64,000 nt of DNA, taken from the NCBI GenBank assembly GCA_020832235.1, contig JAFIEZ010000003.1:5165-69164 (forward strand), given 5' to 3'. A program made the translations under genes and the position numbers. The notes under the pieces are model-generated. The model had not been told where the DNA came from and made no database searches. It was given only the letters and a program-made list of their open reading frames with translations. Shown in pieces: positions 1 through 9,748 of this stretch; positions within the stretch are counted from its first letter, which is position 1; each line of letters starts with the position of its first letter. This DNA comes from Bacteroidota bacterium (GTDB taxonomy: Bacteria; Bacteroidota; Rhodothermia; Balneolales; HLUCCA01).

Positions 1-1022
1 TTGTATACATCATCGCTGTCGAGCTGAATGGCATACTTACCGCAAAATTCACTATGAACAGCTACATTCCAGCATCCACCTATGCCCAGATCTTTACGTT
101 CGGGAACGAGTACTTTGAGGCGAGCATCTGTTGCTGCAATTTCCTTCAACGCTTCGTATGTACCATCTGTTGAGAAGTTGTCTACTACAATAAGGTTGAA
201 ATCGAAGTCTGCTTTCTGGGTTAATACGGAATTAACTGCATCACGAATAGTGCGAATTCGGTTGCGCACTGGAATGACTACAGCGGCTTCAACAGGGAAG
301 TTTTCACCAGTTTCCTGAACGTCTTTAAATTCTGGCTTGAGGTACGCGCCAATAGCCTTCAGGTGTTCCGTGAAGGCTTTTTCCATTTCAATTTGTACTT
401 CGCGGTTTTTTGGATCTACATAATCAAACATTTTTTCGCCAGACTTACGCAGATCGGTTTCAACCGTGCTGTATAAGAATTCGCTCACACGTACCAGATC
501 ATTATTTTGAGAAATTCTCAAGCGTAGATCGTAGAGGCCGGCGTGTTTGTAATTCGATTCGAAGGCGGCTACAGCTTCTTTCAGTGCGGCAGTTTTGAAT
601 ATCAAAAGTGGTCCAAAATCGAAATCGTCTCGGACGCTGCCAAACTGGTAATCGTTAACAGGATGGTTTGAACGGCTATCACCTTTGATTTCAATAAAGT
701 CGGAGTAGGTTAACCCGGCTGCGGTATCTGCCGCAACTTGTAAATAGCGCTCTAGTGCAAACTGACCTAGATCTATGAGGGTGTCTTTTGTTAAAAAGGC
801 AGTGTATTCTGTCTTAGTAATTTCTGCAATTTTTTGAAATGTTTCTGTTCCCAGTGGTGTGCTGACTACCAAGTCATTTGTTTGAGGTTTGTTGACATTA
901 CTAGGCTCATTACTCATTAGGTAAACGGCTTCAACCTGACCGGTAGCCAAAAAAGCATCAATTGTCTGGAGGGTGAAGTCGTTATTATGGTAGGGGAGAA
1001 ATACGGTAATTTTTTTTGACAT
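1..1022 (-). CDS. Family 2 glycosyltransferase (3' end runs off the window; missing from the ORF track)
   Basis: Manual translation from ATG at 1022: MSKKITVFLPYHNNDF...GSVRDDFDFGPLL...VVIPVRNRIRTIRDAVNSVLTQ...IVVDNFSTDGT...GIGGCWN...QLDSDDVY. These are GT2 motifs including DSDD. Confidence 0.85.
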   Translation of the reverse strand, partial: MSKKITVFLPYHNNDFTLQTIDAFLATGQVEAVYLMSNEPSNVNKPQTNDLVVSTPLGTETFQKIAEITKTEYTAFLTKDTLIDLGQFALERYLQVAADTAAGLTYSDFIEIKGDSRSNHPVNDYQFGSVRDDFDFGPLLIFKTAALKEAVAAFESNYKHAGLYDLRLRISQNNDLVRVSEFLYSTVETDLRKSGEKMFDYVDPKNREVQIEMEKAFTEHLKAIGAYLKPEFKDVQETGENFPVEAAVVIPVRNRIRTIRDAVNSVLTQKADFDFNLIVVDNFSTDGTYEALKEIAATDARLKVLVPERKDLGIGGCWNVAVHSEFCGKYAIQLDSDDVY

Positions 1023-1178
1023 GGGTGCAAATATTATGATGATAAATAAGGGTATTGTCGCTGTGCGATTGCGCTGTTTGATTGGTTCTGGCGCAGCAGA
1101 TGATGTTCTTTGTTTACTAGAGAATATATTGAAATACAGTGTGTTTTCCCGACAGAAAACACACTGTATGTACGTCTG

Positions 1179-3092
1179 TTATTCAGTTTCTTCCGGAATT
1201 TGCTCTTCTTCTTTCTTTTTGCCGAACTCGGGATCGATGTCAACGAAAGCGGCAATTATAAAGGCTGGTATTGTTGCTATTAGAACCCATACAAAGAAGT
1301 GTTGATAGCCAATAATTTCCTGAATCCAACCGCTGAACATTCCCGGAATCATCATGCCAAGCGCCATGAATCCGGTAGTTATGGCAAAGTGTGCCGTTTT
1401 ATGTTCGCCTTCCGAAACATAAATCATGTAGAGCATATAAGCTGTAAAGCCGAAGCCGTAGCCGAATTGCTCAACCAGAACAGCGAGGTTAATAATCACG
1501 AAGCTGTCGGGTAAGGCGTAGGCGAGGTAAATATATACCGCATTGGGAACATTGATGGCAATAACCATAGGCCATAGCCAGTAGCGCAGACCGTGACGGG
1601 ACGCAAGAATACCTCCAATAATTCCACCTGCTGTTAGGGCCAGAATACCAACAGTACCATATACGAAGCCAACCTCCCCGGTAGTAAGTGCAAGTCCCCC
1701 GGCTTCCTGTGCATCCAGCAGGAAAGGGGACGCCAGTTTAACAAGCTGGGCCTCACCAAACCGGTAGAACAGCAGGAATAATAATACGATACCAATCTGT
1801 TTCTTTTTAAAGAACAAAGCAAATGTGCGGAAAAATTCTGAAAATATGCTTTGATCGGGTTGCCGGACTGCAGGTTTGTCGGAGTCTGCACGAGGAAGGA
1901 TTACTCGGTGATACAGGAAGAAGAAAATAAACATACCTGTTAGCAGCATGAACGTTATAGACCACGCGAGTGGAATATTTCCTGCTCTTCCGCGGAAAGT
2001 TGCTTCCGTAGCAAAATCCAGTTTACTGTCGAGCTGAATGACGGCCATGGCCGGTACATTCCAGTTCTCAGCGGTGAACACGAAGCGGTCACCTTCTACC
2101 AGCGAGATACTGTTGTCTCCGGCTTCCCTGCCAAAATTCAATACGATCTCTTCACCTGGAGCGGGTGAACCTGAAAGGTACACATATACTACTCCCACGT
2201 TGCCTGTCATTCCGTCGTCACGCAGTGGCTCGGTTTCCGGCGCAAAGTTCTGCAGGAAGCTTTCTAATGGCGCGACTACGAGCCGGCTCCACCAGCCTTG
2301 TCGGGCGGCTTCGGTAACTTCCTGAAGAGCATCAGGCGAGGAATCGTTAGCCTCCATCCCGTCAATTACATAAAAGTTACTCCTCACATTCCAGTTTCTC
2401 GCCACATCCCTTATAGAGTCGGCAGCAGCAACGGGAATTCTGTTAACGCTTATTTCCAGGTTTTCAGGGTATGTGAGGAATCGAAGCGGACCATCTTGTT
2501 CAGCTACCTGAATTTCAGAAGGGTGACGTTGCTGAACAATTTCGGTTTGAGACGCCTTAACCTGCATTTCAATGGTATCCAGACCAGTAGTAGACTCTAT
2601 GTAGCCAGCGAATATGATGAGCAAACCCTGACCGGTGATCATGGCAATCCGATAGAACGTGCTCCTTACTCCTACAAACCAGGCCTGTTTGTGTTTCGAG
2701 AGTGCTAGCATGTAAAGTCCGTCAGCAGCAATATCATGGGTTGCTGAACTAAATGCAAGCAGCCACATAAAAGCCAATGTCCACTGAAAGAAATTAGGTG
2801 CCGGTATGGTAAAAGCTATGCCCGCAAGACCAGCCCCAACCAGCAATTGCATGGTAACTACCCACCATCGTTTAGTTTTTACCAGATCAACCAGCGGACT
2901 CCATAGAGGCTTGATTACCCAGGGCAAATATAACCAGCTTGTGTAAAGGGCTATTTCGGCATTTGAAATACCCAACCTCTTGTACATAATGACAGAAACG
3001 AGCATTACGACAACGTAGGGGATTCCCTGGGCGAAGTATAGAGTTGGAATCCATGCCCATGGATTTGTAGTCTTTTTGTTCTGTTCAGACAT
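1179..3092 (-). CDS. ampG: AmpG-like MFS muropeptide permease with a ~200 aa soluble insertion
   Basis: PTLYFAQGIPY, YLPWVIKPLWSPLVD and FSSATHDIAADG motifs; 12-TM-like pattern interrupted by a hydrophilic segment. Confidence 0.85.
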   Translation of the reverse strand: MSEQNKKTTNPWAWIPTLYFAQGIPYVVVMLVSVIMYKRLGISNAEIALYTSWLYLPWVIKPLWSPLVDLVKTKRWWVVTMQLLVGAGLAGIAFTIPAPNFFQWTLAFMWLLAFSSATHDIAADGLYMLALSKHKQAWFVGVRSTFYRIAMITGQGLLIIFAGYIESTTGLDTIEMQVKASQTEIVQQRHPSEIQVAEQDGPLRFLTYPENLEISVNRIPVAAADSIRDVARNWNVRSNFYVIDGMEANDSSPDALQEVTEAARQGWWSRLVVAPLESFLQNFAPETEPLRDDGMTGNVGVVYVYLSGSPAPGEEIVLNFGREAGDNSISLVEGDRFVFTAENWNVPAMAVIQLDSKLDFATEATFRGRAGNIPLAWSITFMLLTGMFIFFFLYHRVILPRADSDKPAVRQPDQSIFSEFFRTFALFFKKKQIGIVLLFLLFYRFGEAQLVKLASPFLLDAQEAGGLALTTGEVGFVYGTVGILALTAGGIIGGILASRHGLRYWLWPMVIAINVPNAVYIYLAYALPDSFVIINLAVLVEQFGYGFGFTAYMLYMIYVSEGEHKTAHFAITTGFMALGMMIPGMFSGWIQEIIGYQHFFVWVLIATIPAFIIAAFVDIDPEFGKKKEEEQIPEETE

Positions 3093-3168
3093 AGTGGATT
3101 AGTTTTTGATCGCCAAGTTTGGCAAGGCGCTTAGGTTACATACAGATCATGCTTAGCATCAAGTAAAC

Positions 3169-3211
3169 AAAAAGCCTGACGAAGAGTCAATGGAATCTTC
3201 ATCAGGCTTTT
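3169..3211 (-). terminator. Intrinsic terminator-like hairpin after namZ
   Basis: AAAGCCTGA...TCAGGCTTT inverted repeat flanked by A/T runs. Confidence 0.6.
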
Positions 3212-3215
3212 GATG

Positions 3216-4463
3216 TCAAGGATATAAAAGGTACGGTTTGGATAGCTCCCGGAATGCCTCTATATCTTTGTTGAGAAATTCTTCGATATCAGCGTATCTG
3301 AAATTCTGTGAAAACAGCTCACGAACGGTGCTGGACCCCATCACGCGATCGAACATGCGTATGCGGGCTGGTGTGGTATCAAATGGGTTCTTGTCGGGAT
3401 GTAGAATGTGATGTTCCTGCATGAACAAAAACTGAATACTCATAATGTTCAGATTGAAAAAATCGTCAATATAAAGTTGAACTCCATGCAGTACTTCTCC
3501 CTGGTGGCGTCCATAGTAGGGTCTCCAGGTTTTCGGTCGGAATCGAATTCCTTCTAACCCAAGGTTATTCATTCGATCGGCCATAACCTGGGCATCTATC
3601 CAGGGTGCACCCAGAAGTTCAAAAGGCATAGTGTAACCAACACCTTCGCTTAAGGTGTGCAATTCACCGATGATGCCGGTAGCTGTGTAGAATATAGCGC
3701 TGTGACGATGTGGAATATGAGGGGAAGTAGGAACCCAGGGTAAACCGGTATCTTCAAAGGTCATGTTGCGGTTCCAACCTTGGATAGGAATTACAGTGAG
3801 ATCAACTTGTACTCCGTTTGTTAACATGCGCTCGCCATTTAGCATTTTTGCAAGCTCTCCGGATGTGAGGCCGTATACATAGGGAATTGCGAATTGACTT
3901 ACAAACGATATGTAGTCGGGCTCAGTGATATTTCCCTCAATCTTTCCACCTAGCGGATTGGGTCGGTCGAGCACCATAAAGGCAATTCCTTTTTCTGCGG
4001 CAGCCTCCATAGCAAGTCCCATGGTAGATATAAATGTGTAAGAACGTGATCCTACATCCTGAATATCATATATCAGGATATCGATTCCCTCCAGCATCTC
4101 CTGGGTTGGTTTGCGAGTTGATCCATATACAGAGAAAACAGTAATTCCGGTTCTTTCGTCAACATAGGTTTCAACATAGTCGCCTGCATTAATGTCGCCG
4201 CGAACACCATGTTCGGGACCAAAAAGGGCAACCAGGTCTACATTTTCGGCTTCATGCAGCAGGTCGATATTGGAGATAAGATGCTTATTTACTCCGGTTG
4301 CATTGGTAATTAAACCGACACGCAAACCTTCAAGCTGTGCGAAGTTGTTTTGTTCTAATACATCCAGGCCGTTCAGCACAGATGGTGGGTTTTGACTAGT
4401 ACTGTTTTGTGTGCATGCCCCCATAAAAATGGTCATCATGGCAATAAGATATAGTAATTTCAT
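3216..4463 (-). CDS. namZ: Exo-beta-N-acetylmuramidase NamZ (DUF1343/YbbC), probable lipoprotein
   Basis: GLITNATG, LFGPEHGVRG, YDIQDVGSRSYTF, VLDRPNPLGG and WVPTSPHIP motifs. Start moved to MKLLYLIAMM...FMGAC (lipobox-like); the ORF-track start at 4550 runs into a terminator. Confidence 0.9.
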   Translation of the reverse strand: MKLLYLIAMMTIFMGACTQNSTSQNPPSVLNGLDVLEQNNFAQLEGLRVGLITNATGVNKHLISNIDLLHEAENVDLVALFGPEHGVRGDINAGDYVETYVDERTGITVFSVYGSTRKPTQEMLEGIDILIYDIQDVGSRSYTFISTMGLAMEAAAEKGIAFMVLDRPNPLGGKIEGNITEPDYISFVSQFAIPYVYGLTSGELAKMLNGERMLTNGVQVDLTVIPIQGWNRNMTFEDTGLPWVPTSPHIPHRHSAIFYTATGIIGELHTLSEGVGYTMPFELLGAPWIDAQVMADRMNNLGLEGIRFRPKTWRPYYGRHQGEVLHGVQLYIDDFFNLNIMSIQFLFMQEHHILHPDKNPFDTTPARIRMFDRVMGSSTVRELFSQNFRYADIEEFLNKDIEAFRELSKPYLLYP

Positions 4464-4539
4464 AGAGGTGATTTCCGTAGATGATAATTGTCGATAAATG
4501 ATTGCTTTAAAATAGGTGGCTCCGTAACTGAAAACAAAC

Positions 4540-4573
4540 AAAAAAGGCATCCCGCTTTTTTTGCAGGATGCCT
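4540..4573 (-). terminator. Intrinsic terminator after secreted protein gene
   Basis: GGCATCC...GGATGCC stem with a poly-U tail on the minus strand. Confidence 0.6.
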
Positions 4574-4595
4574 GATAAACGAGAGTAAAAAAAAA

Positions 4596-5906
4596 TTATT
4601 TTAGTAGGGTCATTCGCATACTGCTGGTAAAATTTCCGGCTTGCATGCGGTAAATATACACGCCGGATGAAAGGTTTGATCCGTTGAATTGTACAGTATG
4701 TGAACCTGCGGGGCGTGCCTCGTCAATGAGGGTATATACCTGTTGGCCGAGCATGTTATGTACGGTGATTCGCACATGTTCTGAATGAGGTAAGGTGAAA
4801 TGTATACGGGTTGCCGGGTTAAACGGGTTCGGGAAATTTTGCTCTAGCGTGAATGCTCGCGGTTGATCGATATCTTCAACACTAACTGCAATTTGCATTG
4901 AACTAGTTAAATCAAATGCAGCCAAGCCTATATTTGTAGCCAGCACATAAGCAACCTTATTTTCGCGGTCTATTGTCACGCCTCCGACTCTGAATAAGTT
5001 CTCCCCCAGCCCAATGTTTCCTGATTCTGCGAGAATTTGAGGATTACTCACGTCAGTTATGTCAATGAGGTAGAAGGTATTCTCTTCAATACCCGGAACG
5101 CCGGTAACTAAATATTCGCGACCATCAGCTGCAATGTAGTCCATATCTCCAACGGACGTGGAAATAATTTGGTCATTTACTGAAGCAATGCGTGCTCCTG
5201 TTTCAAGATTAATTTTTCGGATAAATTCATCGCGTCCGTTAATCCATCCGTAGGGAGTACCCGCTATGGGAACAATATTCGCATTGGCAGCGTTTTGAGG
5301 GATCTCAATTACTCGAGGAGTTGAATTCAAAACCGTTCCATCAAAGCTGAAAACCGCAATATTTGAGTTGAATGTACCGGATACAAATAGCTCGATATCG
5401 TCACCAACACCGCGAACTCCAATACCGTCGCCATAACGATCGTTAGGGGTAGGTTTTCCTTCATAAAGTGGCTGAGGGGTAGCGTCTTCATCCTCCCAAT
5501 ACCATATAATAAAATCAATACCACTTTCTAGAATCAGATTAATGGCGAAAATTTGGCCGTCTTCCGTTACAGCTATTCTATTTATAGGCAGTAATCCCCC
5601 CGCGATTCCTGTGGTATTCATAGTTCCTATAGATTCACCTGTGGATGTATTTATCCGCTCGATTCTGATACCGTCTGCCCTCGATGGAACTAGTAAGTTG
5701 CCGGTTGCTGGGTTGAATGCAACTCCACGTACCTGGTTTCCCGCATTCGAAAGCCATGGTACGCTGCCAGCAGGTACAGACCACATTGGTTCCCCAAATG
5801 TTGGTAAATCCTGAGCTTGAATTTTTGAAGTCAAGCTCATAGTTACAATGATGGCGACTATTGTAGCCGAGAAGTATTTTGTTAGATGTTGTATGAGTTT
5901 GCTCAT
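4596..5906 (-). CDS. Secreted beta-propeller-like (DUF4623-like) protein with T9SS-type C-terminal sorting domain
   Basis: Signal peptide; RGVAFNPATGNL...YVLATN domain; CTD LEQNFPNPFNP...LSSGVYIYRM...MTLLK. Confidence 0.8.
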   Translation of the reverse strand: MSKLIQHLTKYFSATIVAIIVTMSLTSKIQAQDLPTFGEPMWSVPAGSVPWLSNAGNQVRGVAFNPATGNLLVPSRADGIRIERINTSTGESIGTMNTTGIAGGLLPINRIAVTEDGQIFAINLILESGIDFIIWYWEDEDATPQPLYEGKPTPNDRYGDGIGVRGVGDDIELFVSGTFNSNIAVFSFDGTVLNSTPRVIEIPQNAANANIVPIAGTPYGWINGRDEFIRKINLETGARIASVNDQIISTSVGDMDYIAADGREYLVTGVPGIEENTFYLIDITDVSNPQILAESGNIGLGENLFRVGGVTIDRENKVAYVLATNIGLAAFDLTSSMQIAVSVEDIDQPRAFTLEQNFPNPFNPATRIHFTLPHSEHVRITVHNMLGQQVYTLIDEARPAGSHTVQFNGSNLSSGVYIYRMQAGNFTSSMRMTLLK

Positions 5907-6008
5907 AGGATTTTAGATAAGGTATGTTCTTGTAGATGTTGTGCAGGTTTGCTTCCTCACGATGTGACAACATACTTAACCCAACTTGTTCCTGCAAACA
6001 AAAAAAGA

Positions 6009-7865
6009 TTACTTTATCAACATCATCCGTGTGCTAGCTGTTAAGCCTTCTGCCTGAATGTGTGCCACATAAATCCCAGATGAAAGCCCCATCGCGTTAA
6101 AATTAACCTCGTGCCTACCAGCGTTGAGCTGTCCCTCAACCAGTGTAGCTACCTTCTGACCTAAAACATTATGAACTGTAAGCCGCGTATATAAATCTTC
6201 AGGCAGATAAAATCGTATTAGGGTATTTGGGTTAAACGGGTTCGGGAAATTTTGCTCTAGCATAAATTTTTGGATTTGCTCGTCCGGTTCAAATGCTGAA
6301 ACATCCGTCAAGTCTGAAATATTGATATTGTCTAGGCGTAACATATCTCTGGCGCCACTGTCTTCGCTGAGTCGTTCACCAGTAAAGTAGTATCTGAACA
6401 TCAGTTGAACATACTCCTCACCAAGCATTTCAGAGGGTAGATCCAGACGAATAAAGTTTGTGTAATGACCATCCTCTCGTCTCAAATACTCAATTGGTTC
6501 TCCCATTGGGAGTGTTATATCGCTCCAATCTCCAAAACTGGATTCGTTCCCTTCTCCAGCTACTTGAACCACCCTGTATTGAGCTCGAATAGCATAGACT
6601 CGCGAATTTGCGATTTCCGTACCGGCAGTAAAGCTGAAAGATGCTCTGTTTATGTTTCTTGTATCCAACGCAACTACAGCGCCACCAAGATCTCTTCCTC
6701 TGCCTGTATTTATGAAGCTGAATCCTCGTTCGCCAAGACCGTTTATTCGTGTTCTTGAATTGTTTCTGTATGGAAATCCTACATTAATCAGGTCTGCATC
6801 AGCATAATCACCAACTGGGATGTTATATGCGAACAGGAGGGCGTCATCAAGGCCGGGGTCATTCATGTCAGACTGCAGGAAAATCATATTAGCCGGATAA
6901 CTCAATGCCGGTGAATCCTGGCTCCAGCTGGTAAAGTTGAACTCGCCGGAACTGAGGCTGTGCGGGTCAGGATAAACCAAAACCCGGATAGCAGCGCTCA
7001 CTTCCTGACCGGTAATATCTCTTGCGCTCAAGGTAAGAAGTGCCTCGCCGCTTCTGGTGCCTGTAAGCGTAAGGAACGGATCATTCTCACCGGAGGCCTC
7101 CGATATGCTGAAATGTATCTCAGATGTTGATGATGCAGAAAATATCAGTTCATCATTTTCAGGGTCTTCAAAAATTTGCGTGCCGAGTGTGATCAAATTT
7201 AGCTCTTCACCAACGATGACTTCCAGCAAATCTCTTGGGTTTGCAACAAAAGGAGGGAGGTTGGTTTCGTCTAGGGCAAGGCCTTCTACTACAACATTAT
7301 CAAATCTATTATTTCCTGCAAGATTTGGTGGGTTGTTTGAATCATTGAATTCAACGCGGACGGCAAAATCGGGGTTGTCTGAAACGGCATCAATTTCAGA
7401 AAAATCCAACAAAATTACGGCTGGCGTTGTTGTTACTTCCAATACTTTGAGGGGGAAATAGGTAGATCCATCAACAGTGTACGTGATATACTGTGTGTCG
7501 GCTCCGCTGTTGGAACGACGGGTCTCGTAGGAAAATAAAATATTCTCGAAGCCGGTTGTAGGTACGCGGAATGTAAGACTCGAACCCACGGGGTTATTGA
7601 ATCGCAAATGTGCACCTGCCTCTTCGCCGTTGCGCGCATTTTCAGCAGAAAAATCTTGTCCAGTCCCCGTCAAAAGCTCCGTTGTGCCCACAATATCAGC
7701 GATCAACTCACCGCCAGCTAAGCTAATATCTGGAGTTGTAAACGCAGCTTCATTGTTGAACGACCAGTAGTGCATGAGAAATAAATCCTGCTGCGTATCA
7801 TTCGCATAGATGATTGAAGAAAGTGTTGACAATAAAAAAGTAAGAACAAGAATTCTGGCCTTCAT
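6009..7865 (-). CDS. Secreted multidomain beta-sandwich protein with T9SS-type CTD
   Basis: Signal peptide; two jelly-roll-like segments (ending RFDNVVVEG and RLDNINIS) flanking an Ig/cadherin-like segment; CTD LEQNFPNPFNP...MMLIK. Confidence 0.75.
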   Translation of the reverse strand: MKARILVLTFLLSTLSSIIYANDTQQDLFLMHYWSFNNEAAFTTPDISLAGGELIADIVGTTELLTGTGQDFSAENARNGEEAGAHLRFNNPVGSSLTFRVPTTGFENILFSYETRRSNSGADTQYITYTVDGSTYFPLKVLEVTTTPAVILLDFSEIDAVSDNPDFAVRVEFNDSNNPPNLAGNNRFDNVVVEGLALDETNLPPFVANPRDLLEVIVGEELNLITLGTQIFEDPENDELIFSASSTSEIHFSISEASGENDPFLTLTGTRSGEALLTLSARDITGQEVSAAIRVLVYPDPHSLSSGEFNFTSWSQDSPALSYPANMIFLQSDMNDPGLDDALLFAYNIPVGDYADADLINVGFPYRNNSRTRINGLGERGFSFINTGRGRDLGGAVVALDTRNINRASFSFTAGTEIANSRVYAIRAQYRVVQVAGEGNESSFGDWSDITLPMGEPIEYLRREDGHYTNFIRLDLPSEMLGEEYVQLMFRYYFTGERLSEDSGARDMLRLDNINISDLTDVSAFEPDEQIQKFMLEQNFPNPFNPNTLIRFYLPEDLYTRLTVHNVLGQKVATLVEGQLNAGRHEVNFNAMGLSSGIYVAHIQAEGLTASTRMMLIK

Positions 7866-8074
7866 GGCGATGGTTGTTGCTTTAGGTGTTTTCGTGTTTT
7901 ACAAAATAAACGTTTTACAGCTGCTTTGCGTTGATTGTGAAATCATATAGACAAAAACTTGTAAAACCTTATCAATATAATGGTTGGCTTACTACCTCTA
8001 ATCTAGGATTGGTTCAAAATTTGTATTTTGCTATGAAGTTTAATAAGAGGAATTTATCCAACCGTTCTAAGCGT

Positions 8075-9748
8075 ATGAAGAAGTTTTTGACAATTCGGTG
8101 GATTATGATGGCAATGGCGCTGGTTGCTATTCTCAGTCTTACCGGAATGAATGTGTATTCACTATATGCTTTACATGAGTCTACCATATCATCTGCATCC
8201 GACAGACAGAAGACCCAGTTATCAGATTTTGCTTACACAACACGTAATCGTTTCAGAGCGCCTGTGGAGGGTATATGGAAACTGAATATGGAACAGCTCC
8301 ACGATGAAGTAGAAGCAGGTGATTTATCGAATCCGCTGCTGGCAGAGATACTGGCAGCAGCATTGGCCGACCCTCTTTTTGATGCCATATATTTTGCCCG
8401 CCCAGACTTTTCGGATTGTTCAGATGGGATTTCTGTTTATACATTCAGCCCGGCAAATTTCACCTTTACCAACACCATGTCGGCACCGTTACTGGCCTGT
8501 GATGGAATTAGTCTTACGAGGACAAGGATGAAGGTGTTGCTCAACGATTATCGCTGGAACACAAAAGTAGTATTTGATACGCACCGAACGATGAATGTTG
8601 CTATGATAAATCCACGTGGCGCCGAAATTGTGGGGTATCTGGCATTTTCTATAAATAAAGATTATCTGATTAACGATTTCTTCGCCGTGCAGCTCAATGA
8701 AGCTTTCGGGCCGCGTGATCAGAGTGGTATGACTATCTGGCTGCACGATTGGTTGCTTAACGAGGTGTTGGCAACCAACGACACGGAATTGGCATACAGT
8801 CGTCGTGACGTTGAATACATTCAACGCTTTCCCGATTTGCTGGATAACTGGAATTTGAAGGTGAGGTTTGATGATAACCCTGCCGTCTTGGCATCTTTGG
8901 GCAATTTGCAGCGTAATATGTTTGTAATGGGCGGCGTTCTGGTATTGTTGCTCGGTAGTCTTGGCATTATGTTTATTATTGCTCAAAAAGAGCGTAGCCT
9001 CATGGAAAGGCAGGCTGGCTTTCTTGCTAACGTTACTCATGAGTTGAAGACGCCCCTTGCTGTTATGCAGGCTGCCGGTGAGAATCTTGCTGACGGCAGA
9101 GTTACCAATCCTGACAGACTTAAAACCTATGGTGAGCATATTCACACCGAGTCTCTACGCTTACGGCGTATGATAGAGAAGTTGCTGGATGTTGCCAAAA
9201 ACGACGCTGGACAACTTATTGTGAAGCCTCAGCCATATAACCTGGGTTCTTTAGTTCGGTCCTATATTGCAGAGCACATGGCATTGTTCACGCAATCTGG
9301 ATTTGACCCCCATCTCGAAATTCCGGATAGTCTGCCAAGTGTTTTGGTTGACAAGGATAGTTTTGAAACCATTCTCGGTAACCTGGTTGAGAATGCCATG
9401 AAATACAGCGGAGACTCCAAGTATGTTGCTATACGCTTGAAACATGATCAACAACGTGTCATTCTTCAGGTTGAGGATAAAGGACTTGGTATACCCGGTG
9501 CAGCTCGAAAGCATATTTTTGATAAGTTTTACAGGGTTGAAGACACGCTAACTGCCCGTACAAAAGGGCATGGTTTAGGTTTGTCTATTGTGAAAAATCT
9601 TGTAGAACTAAATAATGCTACTGTTAGCGTAGAATCTACCTATCGGAAAGGTTCTGTTTTTTCAGTAACATTCCCTATACATGTTGCGCCGGCGATCGCG
9701 CAAACAGAAACGTTAAACCCTAAGGCCAAGATAGAGTATGCCAGCTAA
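8075..9748 (+). CDS. Membrane sensor histidine kinase (HisKA + HATPase)
   Basis: Two TM segments around an extracytoplasmic domain; NVTHELKTPL H-box, NLVENAMKYS N-box, EDKGLGI G1, GHGLGLSI G2. Start placed at MKKFLTIRW. Confidence 0.9.
   Translation: MKKFLTIRWIMMAMALVAILSLTGMNVYSLYALHESTISSASDRQKTQLSDFAYTTRNRFRAPVEGIWKLNMEQLHDEVEAGDLSNPLLAEILAAALADPLFDAIYFARPDFSDCSDGISVYTFSPANFTFTNTMSAPLLACDGISLTRTRMKVLLNDYRWNTKVVFDTHRTMNVAMINPRGAEIVGYLAFSINKDYLINDFFAVQLNEAFGPRDQSGMTIWLHDWLLNEVLATNDTELAYSRRDVEYIQRFPDLLDNWNLKVRFDDNPAVLASLGNLQRNMFVMGGVLVLLLGSLGIMFIIAQKERSLMERQAGFLANVTHELKTPLAVMQAAGENLADGRVTNPDRLKTYGEHIHTESLRLRRMIEKLLDVAKNDAGQLIVKPQPYNLGSLVRSYIAEHMALFTQSGFDPHLEIPDSLPSVLVDKDSFETILGNLVENAMKYSGDSKYVAIRLKHDQQRVILQVEDKGLGIPGAARKHIFDKFYRVEDTLTARTKGHGLGLSIVKNLVELNNATVSVESTYRKGSVFSVTFPIHVAPAIAQTETLNPKAKIEYAS

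Noticed and set aside
1010-1017. A8 tract just after the GT2 start codon as a phase-variation switch
   Set aside because: The tract is short, in frame, and typical of Lys-rich N-termini; there is no evidence of slippage.
82-1305. Short ORFs at the left edge
   Set aside because: They are explained by the GT2 gene on the minus strand (1-1022) and the end of ampG.
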